A stretch of DNA of 64,000 nucleotides from IMG/VR virus record IMGVR_UViG_3300005618_000016; one strand, written 5' to 3'. Shown piece after piece: positions 1 through 10,008 of this stretch. A program made the position numbers and the translations under genes. Source of the DNA: an uncultured virus (IMG/VR IMGVR_UViG_3300005618_000016) (Duplodnaviria > Heunggongvirae > Uroviricota > Caudoviricetes). The notes below the pieces were generated by a model. The model made no database searches. It was not told the origin of the DNA and was given only the letters and a program-made list of their open reading frames with translations. Position 1 is the first letter of the stretch; every line of letters starts with the position of its first letter.

Positions 1-498
1 GTACTCGATGCCAAAGCTGTCGATGAGCTCGTCGATCTTCTGCTCGTCACCTGCGAGAGACCCCTTGGCCAAGGAGACCGTCTTCACGAGATCGAACCGG
101 AACGGTTCCGCAGCCTCCTCGGCTTCCTCCCTGTCCATCCCGAGCTCCTTGCCGATCGCGACGATGACCTTCGGCAACTGGAGCGACATGTCGTCGATGA
201 TGCGGTGCACGCGGTTGTTCTCGATGCGGAGACGACCCAGCGACGCCGTGATCGCCTTCAGGCCGTACGAGTGGAGCGTGGAGACCTCCACGCCACGAGG
301 AGCCTTCTTCTTGAGCTCCTCTGCGATCGACTTGTTGAACGCGACGAAGAGCGTCGAGAAGCCCGGCGGGATGTACTTCATCGACTCGACGATGGTCGTC
401 GTCTTGCCGCTGCCCGCCACGGCCTTGATCACCGTGTGCCCAGAACCGTTTGCCACATCCTCGAAAACAGCCTGCTGATACTTGCTCCACTTGGTCAT
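1..498 (-). CDS. UvrD/Rep-like SF1 helicase, N-terminal part (runs off the window edge; not in the ORF track)
   Basis: Manual translation from ATG 498: MTKWSKYQQAVFEDVANGSGHTVIKAVAGSGKTTT...LFVAFNKSIAEEL...VSTLHSYG (Q motif, Walker A, motifs Ia/Ib). Confidence 0.85.
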   Translation of the reverse strand, partial: MTKWSKYQQAVFEDVANGSGHTVIKAVAGSGKTTTIVESMKYIPPGFSTLFVAFNKSIAEELKKKAPRGVEVSTLHSYGLKAITASLGRLRIENNRVHRIIDDMSLQLPKVIVAIGKELGMDREEAEEAAEPFRFDLVKTVSLAKGSLAGDEQKIDELIDSFGIEY

Positions 499-527
499 GA
501 AGGGGGATCTCCTTTTCCCTTGGTGTT

Positions 528-553
528 GGGGCGGGGGTTACCCGCCCCTATTT
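528..553. terminator. GC hairpin between the SSB-like and helicase genes
   Basis: ggggcggg-ggtta-cccgcccc followed by tatttt on the + strand. Confidence 0.4.
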
Positions 554-600
554 TCCGGATCAGAAAGTTCTACGTGCCGATCTGAGAAATCTTCCCTGCC

Positions 601-1077
601 TCAGAACGGAGGCTTCGGACCCCCTGCCGTTCCGCTGCCACTGCCCGCCGAGGGAGCGGTACCCCCGAGCATCTTCAGACGCGCCTTGAACGTGCTCAGA
701 TCGACCGGCTTGGACAGCGTCACGGTCCCGACGGTGATGATCTCGAGCTTGGACTGGCCCATCTTCTTGGAACCGTCGTCCGCGGTGTACGGCTCCGGTG
801 CGGTGACCCGACACGGGACCTTGTTCGTGAAGATGTCGTCGAGCTTGTCGATGTCCTCCGGACCGGTGCCCTTCCACCCGAGGAGACGCAGCCGCTCGTA
901 GGCGTAGACCTGAGCTCCCTCGGTGAAGTACAGGAACGTCGTCATCTCCCCGACGCTGTTGTTCTGACCGTCGAACAACTCCATGTTGATCGCGATCTGG
1001 AGGTTCCCGGAGTTCGTTTCACCGAACTGCACGCCGCCCTTGACTGCCTTGCCTTCGTAGTTTCCTGCGCTGATCAT
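601..1077 (-). CDS. DUF669-like putative single-stranded DNA-binding protein
   Basis: MISAGNYEGK... beta-rich body with a Gly-rich tail ending in PPF; lies next to a Sak4-like ATPase. Confidence 0.6.
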   Translation of the reverse strand: MISAGNYEGKAVKGGVQFGETNSGNLQIAINMELFDGQNNSVGEMTTFLYFTEGAQVYAYERLRLLGWKGTGPEDIDKLDDIFTNKVPCRVTAPEPYTADDGSKKMGQSKLEIITVGTVTLSKPVDLSTFKARLKMLGGTAPSAGSGSGTAGGPKPPF

Positions 1078-1997
1078 TTCCCTGTTTCTCCTACTTTGTT
1101 ATCGGTCGCCTTGGTTGCTTGCTTTTCTTCGAGCCGCGCCGCGACGCGATTGCGCGCCTCGACGATCATTCCGGGGTTCGCGCGCAGGTACTCCTTGACC
1201 TGAGCGTCGAGATTCTTGTCGCCGATCTCGGCGAGCATCACGGCGATCTCCTTGCGGAGCGCCTCTGCGCGTTCGGCGTCGGCAGCACGCGCCTGAGCGA
1301 ACTCGTCCCACGAGAGCAGGATCCGTTCGGGGAACAGCGTGGTTCCGCGAGACTTCGCGTCGAATGCGGGCGATCGCTGGGTGTGGAGCCAGCGGGTGCC
1401 ATTCGTGACGGCCTTGACATCCCCACCCACCTTCTGCTGAGAGATTTCCTCTCGGGCAAACAGAACGTAGTCGGACCACTGCCGAACCAGGCCGGCGAGC
1501 TTTCCGCGCATGGCGAGCTCAAAACGATCGAACCCGGGTCCCGTGGGATCGTCGAAGTGCTTCACCTGCATGTGCCCGACGAAGACGATCGCCTTCCCGG
1601 AGAGCCATACACGTTCGAGCACGGAGATCAGTTCGCGCCAACGGGCGACCGCGAGCTCTTCGCCCTTTCCGTATCCCCCGTCGTACTTCGTGATCGTTGT
1701 TCCCGGGAAGAACTCGACGTTGCCGAGGTGTTCCAGATCCCCGAGAGCATCGATGACGAGTGACTTGCACTTCACCTGACCTTTTTCCACAGCCTCGATC
1801 CATTCGAGCACCTCCGTCCAGCTCCCTGGGGCTACACGCTGCACGTCGTACGCGAAGCTGCCCTTGTTGACGTCGATGAAAAACGGATCCGGGGCTCCCG
1901 CTGCGAAACGCGTCTTTCCTACGCCGTCCGATCCGTAGACCGTCACGCGCGGGGCGCGTTCCTGTTTTCCGCCGCTGATTTTCTTCAAGTCGATCAT
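1074..1997 (-). CDS. AAA_24 / Sak4-like ATPase (recombinase)
   Basis: VYGSDGVGKT Walker A, LVIDAL Walker B, IVFVGH, AFDAKSR. Confidence 0.85.
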   Translation of the reverse strand: MIDLKKISGGKQERAPRVTVYGSDGVGKTRFAAGAPDPFFIDVNKGSFAYDVQRVAPGSWTEVLEWIEAVEKGQVKCKSLVIDALGDLEHLGNVEFFPGTTITKYDGGYGKGEELAVARWRELISVLERVWLSGKAIVFVGHMQVKHFDDPTGPGFDRFELAMRGKLAGLVRQWSDYVLFAREEISQQKVGGDVKAVTNGTRWLHTQRSPAFDAKSRGTTLFPERILLSWDEFAQARAADAERAEALRKEIAVMLAEIGDKNLDAQVKEYLRANPGMIVEARNRVAARLEEKQATKATDNKVGETGK

Positions 1998-2008
1998 GTG
2001 TCTCCTTC

Positions 2009-3070
2009 TCAAACTGGGTTGATCAATTCTCCGGCCGCCTCGGTCTCCACGATCGCGTCCACTCTCCCACCGAGCGAGAACGTACGCGACGCTGCGCCGG
2101 TCTCAGGGTTCACGAGCGGAATTCGGAAGGTTTGCTCCACGGCGATGATCCCGGTCGGTTTGCCCCACCGCGCAGCGTACCCGGTGAGCATCGCCTCCTC
2201 TTTCGCACGCACGAACGGATCCTCGGTCTCGAGCGCCTTCTTCGCGGCGTCTAGATCTCCTCCGCTACGACGGTAGACGTCGAGCGCCGCGTGGATACTG
2301 TGTCCCGTGGTGAGTGTTTCGGGTTTCTTGATCGGACGCATCCGGAGCACGTATCGGATCTGGAACTTGCGCGGGCACGACCGGTAGGCGCGCATCGCGC
2401 TCTGCGTGAGCAGGCTCGCGTCGTCGGTCAGCGTGGTCGCCACACCCTCTTCAGCGAGTTCTTCGTGGATGTCCTCCTCGAATCGGAAGAACAACGGATC
2501 CTTGAGATCCATCATGCCTGCGCAGACCGAGAGATAGTCACATTCGCGCCCCCACGAGACGCAGGCGTCGACGTTGCGGGGATAGATGTTGAGCCGGCGT
2601 GCGTCTCGCATCAACGACGCCGTGTTCCACATGTCCTGCGCAGCTTCGCGCTCGTCGGCCTCGAGCCGAACGATGACGCCCCTGGCGTAGAACTTTTCGG
2701 GAGCCTCTGCGATGGCAGCGAGACACCGTGCGCCGTACTCCTCTGGCGTCTCGGGACGAGACTGGAGCACGTAGCCCAGTTCGGTATCGCCGGTCTGGCG
2801 CCATTTCTTGCCGTCCTTCGTTCGGACACGGAGACCGTTCGCGTCGAGAACGATTTTGAGACCGTCCGCGTCGAGGACCGGAACGTTGCTCGGACGTTGA
2901 TCAGGCTTCCTCAAAACGTCGTAGACGCAGCCGTGAGGATCGTGGCCCAGTTTTCGGATGGCAGGGAGGTAGAGCGAAAGCTGCGGGTCGAGCGTGGTGC
3001 GCTTCCAGAAGGTGGAGCCGGGAGAGATGTCTTCGCCGGCCGTCTTCGTCTCCAACAGGTAGCACTTCAT
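2009..3070 (-). CDS. PD-(D/E)XK (Cas4/AddB-like) nuclease, circularly permuted
   Basis: LETKT, QLSLY and C-x6-C-x5-C precede QSAMRAYRSCPRK, GHSIH, AVEQTF and GRVD. Confidence 0.8.
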   Translation of the reverse strand: MKCYLLETKTAGEDISPGSTFWKRTTLDPQLSLYLPAIRKLGHDPHGCVYDVLRKPDQRPSNVPVLDADGLKIVLDANGLRVRTKDGKKWRQTGDTELGYVLQSRPETPEEYGARCLAAIAEAPEKFYARGVIVRLEADEREAAQDMWNTASLMRDARRLNIYPRNVDACVSWGRECDYLSVCAGMMDLKDPLFFRFEEDIHEELAEEGVATTLTDDASLLTQSAMRAYRSCPRKFQIRYVLRMRPIKKPETLTTGHSIHAALDVYRRSGGDLDAAKKALETEDPFVRAKEEAMLTGYAARWGKPTGIIAVEQTFRIPLVNPETGAASRTFSLGGRVDAIVETEAAGELINPV

Positions 3071-3642
3071 AGTTTCCTCCCCTTCGCACCGACTGGCGAA
3101 CACGTGTGAAAGCGTTCTGGAACAGGATGCGGATCCTCCTCGGTTCCGATCTCCGCTTCGATGCTGCACGCTATGCACTTCGGATTACCGATCCCCGGTT
3201 CCTTGCGAATTTTGCTGAGCGTTTGCCAAGCCTCACTGTCCTTGTTCGACGCAGCACGATCGACGGTTACTGCCTCTACGAGAGCCCCCACGTCGTCGGC
3301 GATGACGAGGTAGTGCGTCGCTTCCTGCCCAAGCGCCTCACGTACGTTGTCGATCGTTTCGGCGAACGCGCGTGCCTCGCGTGCGGCGGCCTGAAATCTC
3401 CGCAGCAACTCCGGCGCGTACAGCCCCTCGACCGCATCGTTGTAGGTGGAGAACGGACGCTTGCGAAACACGAAGCAGTTGTCGATCGCGTGCTGCATCT
3501 GCTTCACGAACGCTTCGTCGTTCAGAGCCGGAACGAGCGCCTCCCACTCCCAGGAGTTGCAGCGTAGCTCTTCGAGCTCGGAGGCGGTGACGTTGCCTCG
3601 TTCGACGAGTTTTTTGATTTCGTCCCGGACGTGCTCGCTCAC
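3067..3642 (-). CDS. hypothetical protein
   Basis: GTG start overlaps the upstream stop; its own stop overlaps the next start. Confidence 0.6.
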   Translation of the reverse strand: MSEHVRDEIKKLVERGNVTASELEELRCNSWEWEALVPALNDEAFVKQMQHAIDNCFVFRKRPFSTYNDAVEGLYAPELLRRFQAAAREARAFAETIDNVREALGQEATHYLVIADDVGALVEAVTVDRAASNKDSEAWQTLSKIRKEPGIGNPKCIACSIEAEIGTEEDPHPVPERFHTCSPVGAKGRKL

Positions 3643-3914
3643 AGTGGTACCGATCCAGCGATGAAGACGCGCTCCTGCCAGGCAACCGCGAGCCCAACGG
3701 TTATGTCCCGCAGCATCTTGAGCTCCACAAGACGATCGACGGCCGCCATCATCTCCCAGGTATTTCCCGAGCCCGCGGCACTCAGAAGTCGCTCTGCGAG
3801 CACTGCACCTGAGCATTCGATGCACTCGCGAGCCTTGCGAACGACTCCGAGAACTCGAAGTTGTCCCTCTTCGGTGAACATCTTCGGCCGCAGCTCCGTG
3901 TACTGGTAACTCAC
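3639..3914 (-). CDS. hypothetical protein
   Basis: GTGA overlaps at both ends. Confidence 0.6.
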   Translation of the reverse strand: MSYQYTELRPKMFTEEGQLRVLGVVRKARECIECSGAVLAERLLSAAGSGNTWEMMAAVDRLVELKMLRDITVGLAVAWQERVFIAGSVPL

Positions 3915-4633
3915 GACGCCACCTGCCTCACCTTGAACGGCAACTCCTTCACGTCGTCGATCGCCATCCGGCGCCACCAGACCTTCCGGTCCGGATCCCA
4001 TCGGAAGCCGGAGTTCTTGACGATGTCCTTCATCTCGAACGGCGCGAGAGAGTGGAACATCGCCTTCGGTCGCATCGCGTGTACGAGCATCGCTTCTAGG
4101 TCGTGACCCTTCTCGGCGAGCCGAGTCAGGATGCGCGAGAGGGTGTCCACGTCGCTCATCGCACGGTGAGCGTGCGCGACACCGAGGCCAAGCGAGAGCG
4201 CGAGGTGCGCGAGCGAGCCGCCTCGACCTCCTTTGGTGCTGCCGGGCCACGTAATGTCGCCCTCGCTGCACACCCACGGCTTACCCAGATCCGGCGTGAA
4301 CTGCCGATCGAACTCCGAGTTGTGCGCGATGATGATCTGTGCCGGCTCGATGACCCATCCGACCGCACTCCACACGCGCTCGGCTTCGCGCGCCTCGGGG
4401 AGCATCGTCGCCGGGATCCCGTTCGCCGACTGCGCCTCGTTCTCGGCGGGACCTCGGATGAGGCTAGCAAAGCTCGCGACGGGTTGCGCGTGCTTCACAT
4501 CGAACAGCGCGACCGCCACCTCGATCGTCCTGTCTGTGTCCGGGTTCAACCCGGTGGTCTCCGTGTCGAGGAGCGCAACGTATCGAATGCGCGAATCACC
4601 GCCCACGGAACGAGATTCGTCCGCCATCTTCAC
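3911..4633 (-). CDS. DEDDh 3'-5' exonuclease (DnaQ-like) with a small C-terminal domain
   Basis: LLDTETTG, IAHNSEFD, HAHRAMSDV; C-terminal GFRWDPDRKVW. Confidence 0.9.
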   Translation of the reverse strand: MKMADESRSVGGDSRIRYVALLDTETTGLNPDTDRTIEVAVALFDVKHAQPVASFASLIRGPAENEAQSANGIPATMLPEAREAERVWSAVGWVIEPAQIIIAHNSEFDRQFTPDLGKPWVCSEGDITWPGSTKGGRGGSLAHLALSLGLGVAHAHRAMSDVDTLSRILTRLAEKGHDLEAMLVHAMRPKAMFHSLAPFEMKDIVKNSGFRWDPDRKVWWRRMAIDDVKELPFKVRQVAS

Positions 4634-4719
4634 TCAGCCTTTCTCTCAACTCAACTCTCTAGGCGCACCCTAGCTGGCGCCGTTGCGCTAGTCAACAACA
4701 TTCGCTACGCTGCATAGCC

Positions 4720-4890
4720 ATGGAACGTCAGGACGTGGTCCTAGGGGCTCGAGTCAGCAAAAACCTACACGCCAAGATCATCGCCGAGCAGCGGCGCATC
4801 GAGAAGGAGACGGGGCTCAAGTTGACCACCAACGGGATCGTGCGACTGCTCATCGAGAAGGGGCTCGAGGCGAACGGAAAAAAGCGATGA
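4720..4890 (+). CDS. small ribbon-helix-helix-like regulator (not in the ORF track)
   Basis: MERQDVVLGARVSKNLHAKIIAEQRRIEKETGLKLTTNGIVRLLIEKGL; first gene of a divergent operon. Confidence 0.6.
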   Translation: MERQDVVLGARVSKNLHAKIIAEQRRIEKETGLKLTTNGIVRLLIEKGLEANGKKR

Positions 4891-5423
4891 CCATCGCCCT
4901 CCGCTTCTGGACCTGGTTCGCTTCCCTCCTCGCGCACCCCCGCGTCATCTACGATCGCGAAGGCAGCTCGCCGTACCTGTCCCGGTACTACCTCACGGCG
5001 CGCCCGCGCATGCCGGATGGTTCGGATCCGTTCACCAAGGAAGGCAACGTGCGCCCCGGCGTGCTGGAGCGCGAACGGTTCTGTTCCGTGTTTCTTCATC
5101 GTTTCCACCGCGGAGATGACGACCTCGCGTTGCACAACCATCCGTGGCGCTGGGCGGTGTCGCTCGTGCTCGCCGGTGGCTACCTCGAAGAACGCCGCAT
5201 GGAGAATGGAACCGTCGAGCAGCGCGTCGTACGGCCCGGCACGATCAACATCATCCGAGATACGACCTACCACCGGGTCGATCTGATCGAGTCGGAATGC
5301 TACTCGCTCTTCCTTGCGGGTCCGCGCGCGGGGAGCTGGAGCTTCTGGGAGCGCGACACGGGGCGCACGGTGCCGTGGAGACAGTTCATTCGCGAACTCA
5401 GAGGTCGAAGGAGACAAGCGTGA
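4887..5423 (+). CDS. phage cupin-like protein
   Basis: FLHRFHRGDDD.LHNHPW...LAGGYLEE...YHRV. Confidence 0.7.
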   Translation: MTIALRFWTWFASLLAHPRVIYDREGSSPYLSRYYLTARPRMPDGSDPFTKEGNVRPGVLERERFCSVFLHRFHRGDDDLALHNHPWRWAVSLVLAGGYLEERRMENGTVEQRVVRPGTINIIRDTTYHRVDLIESECYSLFLAGPRAGSWSFWERDTGRTVPWRQFIRELRGRRRQA

Positions 5424-5743
5424 AAAATACCGAAGCCATCGATCGTGTGCTCATGTCCGGTGTGAACGACCCGGAACAGTTCGCTGCGATGCTGGGGTCT
5501 CTGGGGTTCTCGGTCATCCCGAAAGGCGACGCTGACCATCTGGAGCGCGTGCGACGAAAGATGGGGGGAGTTCATCCAACCGCGCCCGGGCAGTGGCAGA
5601 TCAACTCTACGCAGAACGGATGGGTTTCGTTCTGGGCCGGGTTCAACAGCAACGAGAGCCCAGGAATGTTCTCTCCGGGAGAGGCGAGAGAGATCGCTGT
5701 GGCGCTGATCGTGATATCTGAGCAAGAGCAGGCGCGCCGGTGA
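5420..5743 (+). CDS. hypothetical protein
   Basis: GTG start with AGGAG upstream, overlapping the previous stop. Confidence 0.55.
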   Translation: MKNTEAIDRVLMSGVNDPEQFAAMLGSLGFSVIPKGDADHLERVRRKMGGVHPTAPGQWQINSTQNGWVSFWAGFNSNESPGMFSPGEAREIAVALIVISEQEQARR

Positions 5744-5918
5744 AAATCACCGAACACGAGATGCTCCTCACGCTCGCCACCATGGCGATCAAGATGGACG
5801 ACCTCACGCCGCACGACATCATCGAGGCGTTCCGAGAGTTGGGGCACGGATCGGTGCTCGATGAAGCGAGGCGCGGAGCTACCGTTCCCGGGGTTCGCGT
5901 CCAGGGCAGGAGAGTCAG

Positions 5919-6359
5919 GTGAGCACTTTCGGGCCCGCGTATTCCGGACCCATCGACGGGGATAGACTGTCGAAACAATTCGACAGGATTCTGGCACTGG
6001 TGAGAGACGGCCGATGGAGAACCTTGAGAGAGATCGGGGAAACGACCAAGGATCCTCCTGCTTCTGTCTCTGCGCAGCTGAGACACATGCGGAAGCAACG
6101 GTTCGGCGGGTATCTCGTTGAGAAGCGCCATCGAGGTGAACCGAGCAACGGTCTATGGGAATACCGGTTGGTGCTTGAGCGGACCAACGACAGAGAATCG
6201 AACGCAAGACACCCCGTGCAATTCCTCACGGAGGACATGAGGCTCTGTTTGGAAATTTTGCGCAACATCTATCCGAGTCTGACTCCGGAACAACGGGAAC
6301 CGATCGGAAAACTAGGACAGTGGTTGGCGTCGCACGTGCAGGAAGAGATACCGTCATGA
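5919..6359 (+). CDS. winged helix-turn-helix protein
   Basis: WRTLREIGETTKDPPASVSAQLRHMRK...WEYRL. Confidence 0.6.
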   Translation: MSTFGPAYSGPIDGDRLSKQFDRILALVRDGRWRTLREIGETTKDPPASVSAQLRHMRKQRFGGYLVEKRHRGEPSNGLWEYRLVLERTNDRESNARHPVQFLTEDMRLCLEILRNIYPSLTPEQREPIGKLGQWLASHVQEEIPS

Positions 6360-7636
6360 TTCGCTCCGACCTCTCCCCCGATCAGCGTCGCGTCTACGAG
6401 TCGATGCTCGACTGGGTGCGAACGCCGAACAGTTCACTGTTGACCGTCGGTGGCTACGCCGGCACGGGCAAGACCACCGTCCTGAGCCTATTCGCCTCCG
6501 AGATGTCCGACCTCCGTATCGCGTACATCTGCTTCACCGGTCGCGCCTCGAGTATCCTGGGCCGCAAGCTCAACGCTTCCGGGACTCGCACAACGAGCCG
6601 CGCCTGCACGGACGACGATAGCAAACTCGACGGACCGTGGAGCCATCTCTTCTACTCGCCAGGTGACACCGAGGCGAACTACCCGTTCTGCGGCACCATC
6701 CACCGCCTGCTCTACCGCCCGTTCATCGACAGCGTCACCGAAGAGCTCCTAGGGTGGGAAAAAAGGACCGAGCTCGATCGGAACTACGACCTCGTCGTGA
6801 TCGACGAGGCGTCCATGGTCGACACTCGCATCATCGAGGACATCCGAAACCACGGCGTGCGCATCCTCGCGGTCGGCGACCACGGACAGCTCCCACCGGT
6901 GATGAGCGAAGGGTCGCTCGTTTCTCGCCCGATGCTGAGGCTCGAGAAAATCCATCGGCAGGCCGAGGGCAACCCGATCATTCAGCTCTCGCGCATCCTG
7001 CGTGAGGAGGGGCGTCTCGCCACAGAGCTAGACGACGGCGATCATCTACGATTCGGAAGAAAGAGCGACATCACGCATCCGCGACTCGCGGAGATGCTCG
7101 CAGAGAAAAAGCTCGACGCCGCCGTGCTGTGTTGGCGCAACGCCACGCGCGTGCACGTGAACCGAACCGTTCGGGGACACCTGGGGTTCGCGGGGAAGCC
7201 ACCACAGGCGGGAGAACCGCTCATCGCGCTGAGAAATCACGCGCCCGTCTTCAACGGGATGCGCGGGCTCCTGACCGAGGCGGCGACGTCGCCGTACCAG
7301 GAGGAGTTCTGGCTCATGCGCGCGAAGATCGAGTTCCCGGACGAAGGACTCCCGGAGGCGACGTACGAGATCTGTCGCGATCAGTTTCATCGTGCGAGGC
7401 CGTTCGAGTCGGTCGACGAGCTCGAGAGGGCGGGTATCAAGGTGCACACGATGGGTAGCGCGGGGCGCCTGTACGATTTCGGTTACGCGATGACCATCCA
7501 CAAGAGCCAAGGGTCGCAGTTCAAGCACGCGGTTGTCGTTGTGGACTGGAAGCAGGACTACTCGCAGGAGAACACGCGGAGGCTCGCGTACACGGCGGTG
7601 ACGAGGGCTTCGGAGAGGTTGACGGTGCTGACATGA
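6356..7636 (+). CDS. Dda/RecD-like SF1B helicase
   Basis: GYAGTGKT, VIDEASM, VGDHGQLPPV, YAMTIHKSQGSQF, YTAVTRA. Confidence 0.92.
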   Translation: MIRSDLSPDQRRVYESMLDWVRTPNSSLLTVGGYAGTGKTTVLSLFASEMSDLRIAYICFTGRASSILGRKLNASGTRTTSRACTDDDSKLDGPWSHLFYSPGDTEANYPFCGTIHRLLYRPFIDSVTEELLGWEKRTELDRNYDLVVIDEASMVDTRIIEDIRNHGVRILAVGDHGQLPPVMSEGSLVSRPMLRLEKIHRQAEGNPIIQLSRILREEGRLATELDDGDHLRFGRKSDITHPRLAEMLAEKKLDAAVLCWRNATRVHVNRTVRGHLGFAGKPPQAGEPLIALRNHAPVFNGMRGLLTEAATSPYQEEFWLMRAKIEFPDEGLPEATYEICRDQFHRARPFESVDELERAGIKVHTMGSAGRLYDFGYAMTIHKSQGSQFKHAVVVVDWKQDYSQENTRRLAYTAVTRASERLTVLT

Positions 7637-8373
7637 GTACATCGAAGGTCTCAACAAAAGTCGAGAGCGATGTTCACGCGGATGCATTGGCCTACCTTTC
7701 CTTTGAACGCCCACGGCTCTACAAAGGCAAATCTCCGCGGTGCTACTACTGCAATAGGAGCGTTGCTGCTCGTGCCTACGTAAATAATGATGTCCCGGAG
7801 TACGCTCGCTCGCCCTGGGACGACGTGTTCCGAGTGTGCGTTAATTGCCTTGGGAAACCTCTCATGGAGAGGCTTCGCTCATCCGGACGCTGCACTCAAC
7901 AAATCTGCGAGACCCGCAAATTTATCTCTCTATGCGGTCGCCCGCTCCCGTGCTCAGAACACCAAGAAACAAAGCTCGACGTTAAAACGTTCAAGGGACG
8001 GCTTAGGTCATGCAGTGGCGGACGTGGAATACAGCCGACAACAAAAAGCGAATCACCAATCGAAACATCGATGTTGTTGGCGCTGAGCCGAGCGCTCCCG
8101 TCGTTCGCGTTGATTCTTCAACAGATACCTCTATGCGGAGGTAAGTACAGAGCAGACTTCGTCGTCATTCTTCCTCCGAGTGGCCTCGTAGTTGTCGAAT
8201 GCGACGGTCACGACTTTCATGAGAAAACGAAAGAACAGGCAGCCAGGGACAAGAAACGCGACCGAGATATTCAGATCGATGGGTGGCGTGTGCTTCGTTT
8301 TACCGGATCCGAGATTTACGCGAATGCAGATCGGTGCGCCCAAGATGTGCTCTCACTGCTTCGTCTGAAATAA
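7633..8373 (+). CDS. DUF559/Vsr-like endonuclease with an N-terminal Zn finger
   Basis: YRADF, VVECDGHDFH, RDKKRDR, WRVLRFTGSEI; visibly lower GC than neighbours. Confidence 0.85.
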   Translation: MSTSKVSTKVESDVHADALAYLSFERPRLYKGKSPRCYYCNRSVAARAYVNNDVPEYARSPWDDVFRVCVNCLGKPLMERLRSSGRCTQQICETRKFISLCGRPLPCSEHQETKLDVKTFKGRLRSCSGGRGIQPTTKSESPIETSMLLALSRALPSFALILQQIPLCGGKYRADFVVILPPSGLVVVECDGHDFHEKTKEQAARDKKRDRDIQIDGWRVLRFTGSEIYANADRCAQDVLSLLRLK

Positions 8374-8385
8374 GCCTCCGCTCTG

Positions 8386-10008
8386 ATGTCCACTCTCCCC
8401 CTCTTCGACCGCATCCCCTCCCTCTTCGCCACCGATCCGCCCAAGCTCCGCCCCTACCAGTCGCGCGCCATCCAGACGCTCCGAGACCGCGTGCGCGCTG
8501 GCAAGCGCCGCATCCTTCTCGTTGCCCCAACCGGTGCCGGCAAGATGACGATGATCGCGGCGATCATCCGTACGTCCTCGGTGCCGGTGGTTTTCGTGGT
8601 CCACCGCATGGAGCTCATCGATCAGTGCGTAACCGAGCTCGCCAAAGTCGGCATCACGAACGTCGGCGTCATCCGCAGCGACGATGAACGCACGAATCCG
8701 AACGCTACTGTCCAGGTTGCCTCCGTTGACACTCTTCGCCGCCGCGAGAAGCCTCCCGCTGGACTCGTACTCATAGATGAAGCCCACAGAGCAGTTTCAG
8801 ATTCGTATGTCGCTCTGCTTGAATACTTTAAAGAAGCCATCATCCTCGGCTTCACCGCCACGCCCACACGTCTCGACGGACGCCCGCTCGGAAACCTGTT
8901 CGATTGTCTCGAGATCGTCTGCACGTACGCGGATCTGATCAAGGGTGGCTTCATCGTCGCGCCACTCTGTTACAGCGGCCCCCAGGAGCTCGATCTCTCA
9001 ACCATCCGCCTTATCGGCGGAGACTACGACGAAGACAAGCTCAGCGACGTCATGCGCAACGAGTCGCTCGTTGGGAACTTACTCGACCACTGGCTCAAGC
9101 TTTCTCACCTGTACCCGAGCAGGCACAGTGACAACCCGTACGACGGTCGACTCGTAGAGGGTCCACCGCGTCGCACACTCATCTTCGCCGTCAGTATTCA
9201 ACACTCGTTAGACATCTGCGAACGCTTCTCGGCGGCTGGGATCCACATCGCTCACCTCGACGGAAAGACCTCTGACACCGAGCGGAAGCGCATCGTGAAG
9301 GCAATCGGGTGCGGCGATCTCGACGCCGTAACCAACGTCGGCATATTGCTCGAGGGCGTCGACATCCCGAGCGCGAAGTGCGTTCTGCACGCCAGACCAA
9401 CGCAGTCGATCGTGCTGTGGAGGCAGTCGGTTGGCAGGATCCTCCGACCGTGGCACCCAGTTCGCGGAGAGAAGAGTTTGACGCCTCTCCTCCTCGATCA
9501 TGCTGGGAACATTCAAAGGCTCGGTTTCCCCCATGAGGATCTACGCTGGGAGCTCACCGAGAAAGCGCGTCGCCTCGAGAAGAAACAACCCATGCGGATC
9601 TGCAAGGGCTGCTTCGCCTACCTACCGGCGCACAAGCGGATCTGCCCGTACTGCGACACAGAGGCTCCTCCTCCTCAGCAGGGTGATGTTCCAACGGAGA
9701 CCGAAGAGAAACTTCAAGAGCTTGCTTCTACCCCGGAAGCAATGCGCCGCATGTACTACGACACGATCGTCAAGGTCGCGCGCGTGAAGGGGTACAAGCC
9801 CGGTTTCGCTGCCGCTCGCTACAAGGACCGGTACGGCGCATGGCCTCCATGGGATTGGAGCGAGCAGACGAGGTCTTCCTTCGCGAGCGATCCCGTGTGG
9901 CAAGCGAACTACGAGAAGCACCTGAGCTTCAAGAAGAAGCTCGAGGCGAACAAGCTCGCCAAGGAGCTCGCAAAGAGCGGGCAATTGGATCCGGAGGAGA
10001 ACGAGTGA
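8386..10008 (+). CDS. SF2 DEAH-box helicase (RadD/YejH-like) with a C-terminal Zn ribbon
   Basis: LRPYQ, APTGAGK, IDEAH, GFTATP, EGVDIP, QSVGRILR, CKGC...CPYC. Confidence 0.92.
   Translation: MSTLPLFDRIPSLFATDPPKLRPYQSRAIQTLRDRVRAGKRRILLVAPTGAGKMTMIAAIIRTSSVPVVFVVHRMELIDQCVTELAKVGITNVGVIRSDDERTNPNATVQVASVDTLRRREKPPAGLVLIDEAHRAVSDSYVALLEYFKEAIILGFTATPTRLDGRPLGNLFDCLEIVCTYADLIKGGFIVAPLCYSGPQELDLSTIRLIGGDYDEDKLSDVMRNESLVGNLLDHWLKLSHLYPSRHSDNPYDGRLVEGPPRRTLIFAVSIQHSLDICERFSAAGIHIAHLDGKTSDTERKRIVKAIGCGDLDAVTNVGILLEGVDIPSAKCVLHARPTQSIVLWRQSVGRILRPWHPVRGEKSLTPLLLDHAGNIQRLGFPHEDLRWELTEKARRLEKKQPMRICKGCFAYLPAHKRICPYCDTEAPPPQQGDVPTETEEKLQELASTPEAMRRMYYDTIVKVARVKGYKPGFAAARYKDRYGAWPPWDWSEQTRSSFASDPVWQANYEKHLSFKKKLEANKLAKELAKSGQLDPEENE

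Noticed and set aside
8..585. ORF-track entries 8-478, 47-490 and 205-585
   Set aside because: They are shadow frames; the real gene is the minus-strand helicase starting at 498.
2009..3070. Cas4-like nuclease as evidence for a CRISPR-Cas system
   Set aside because: No repeat-spacer array or other cas genes are present, and the context is a Sak4/SSB recombination module.
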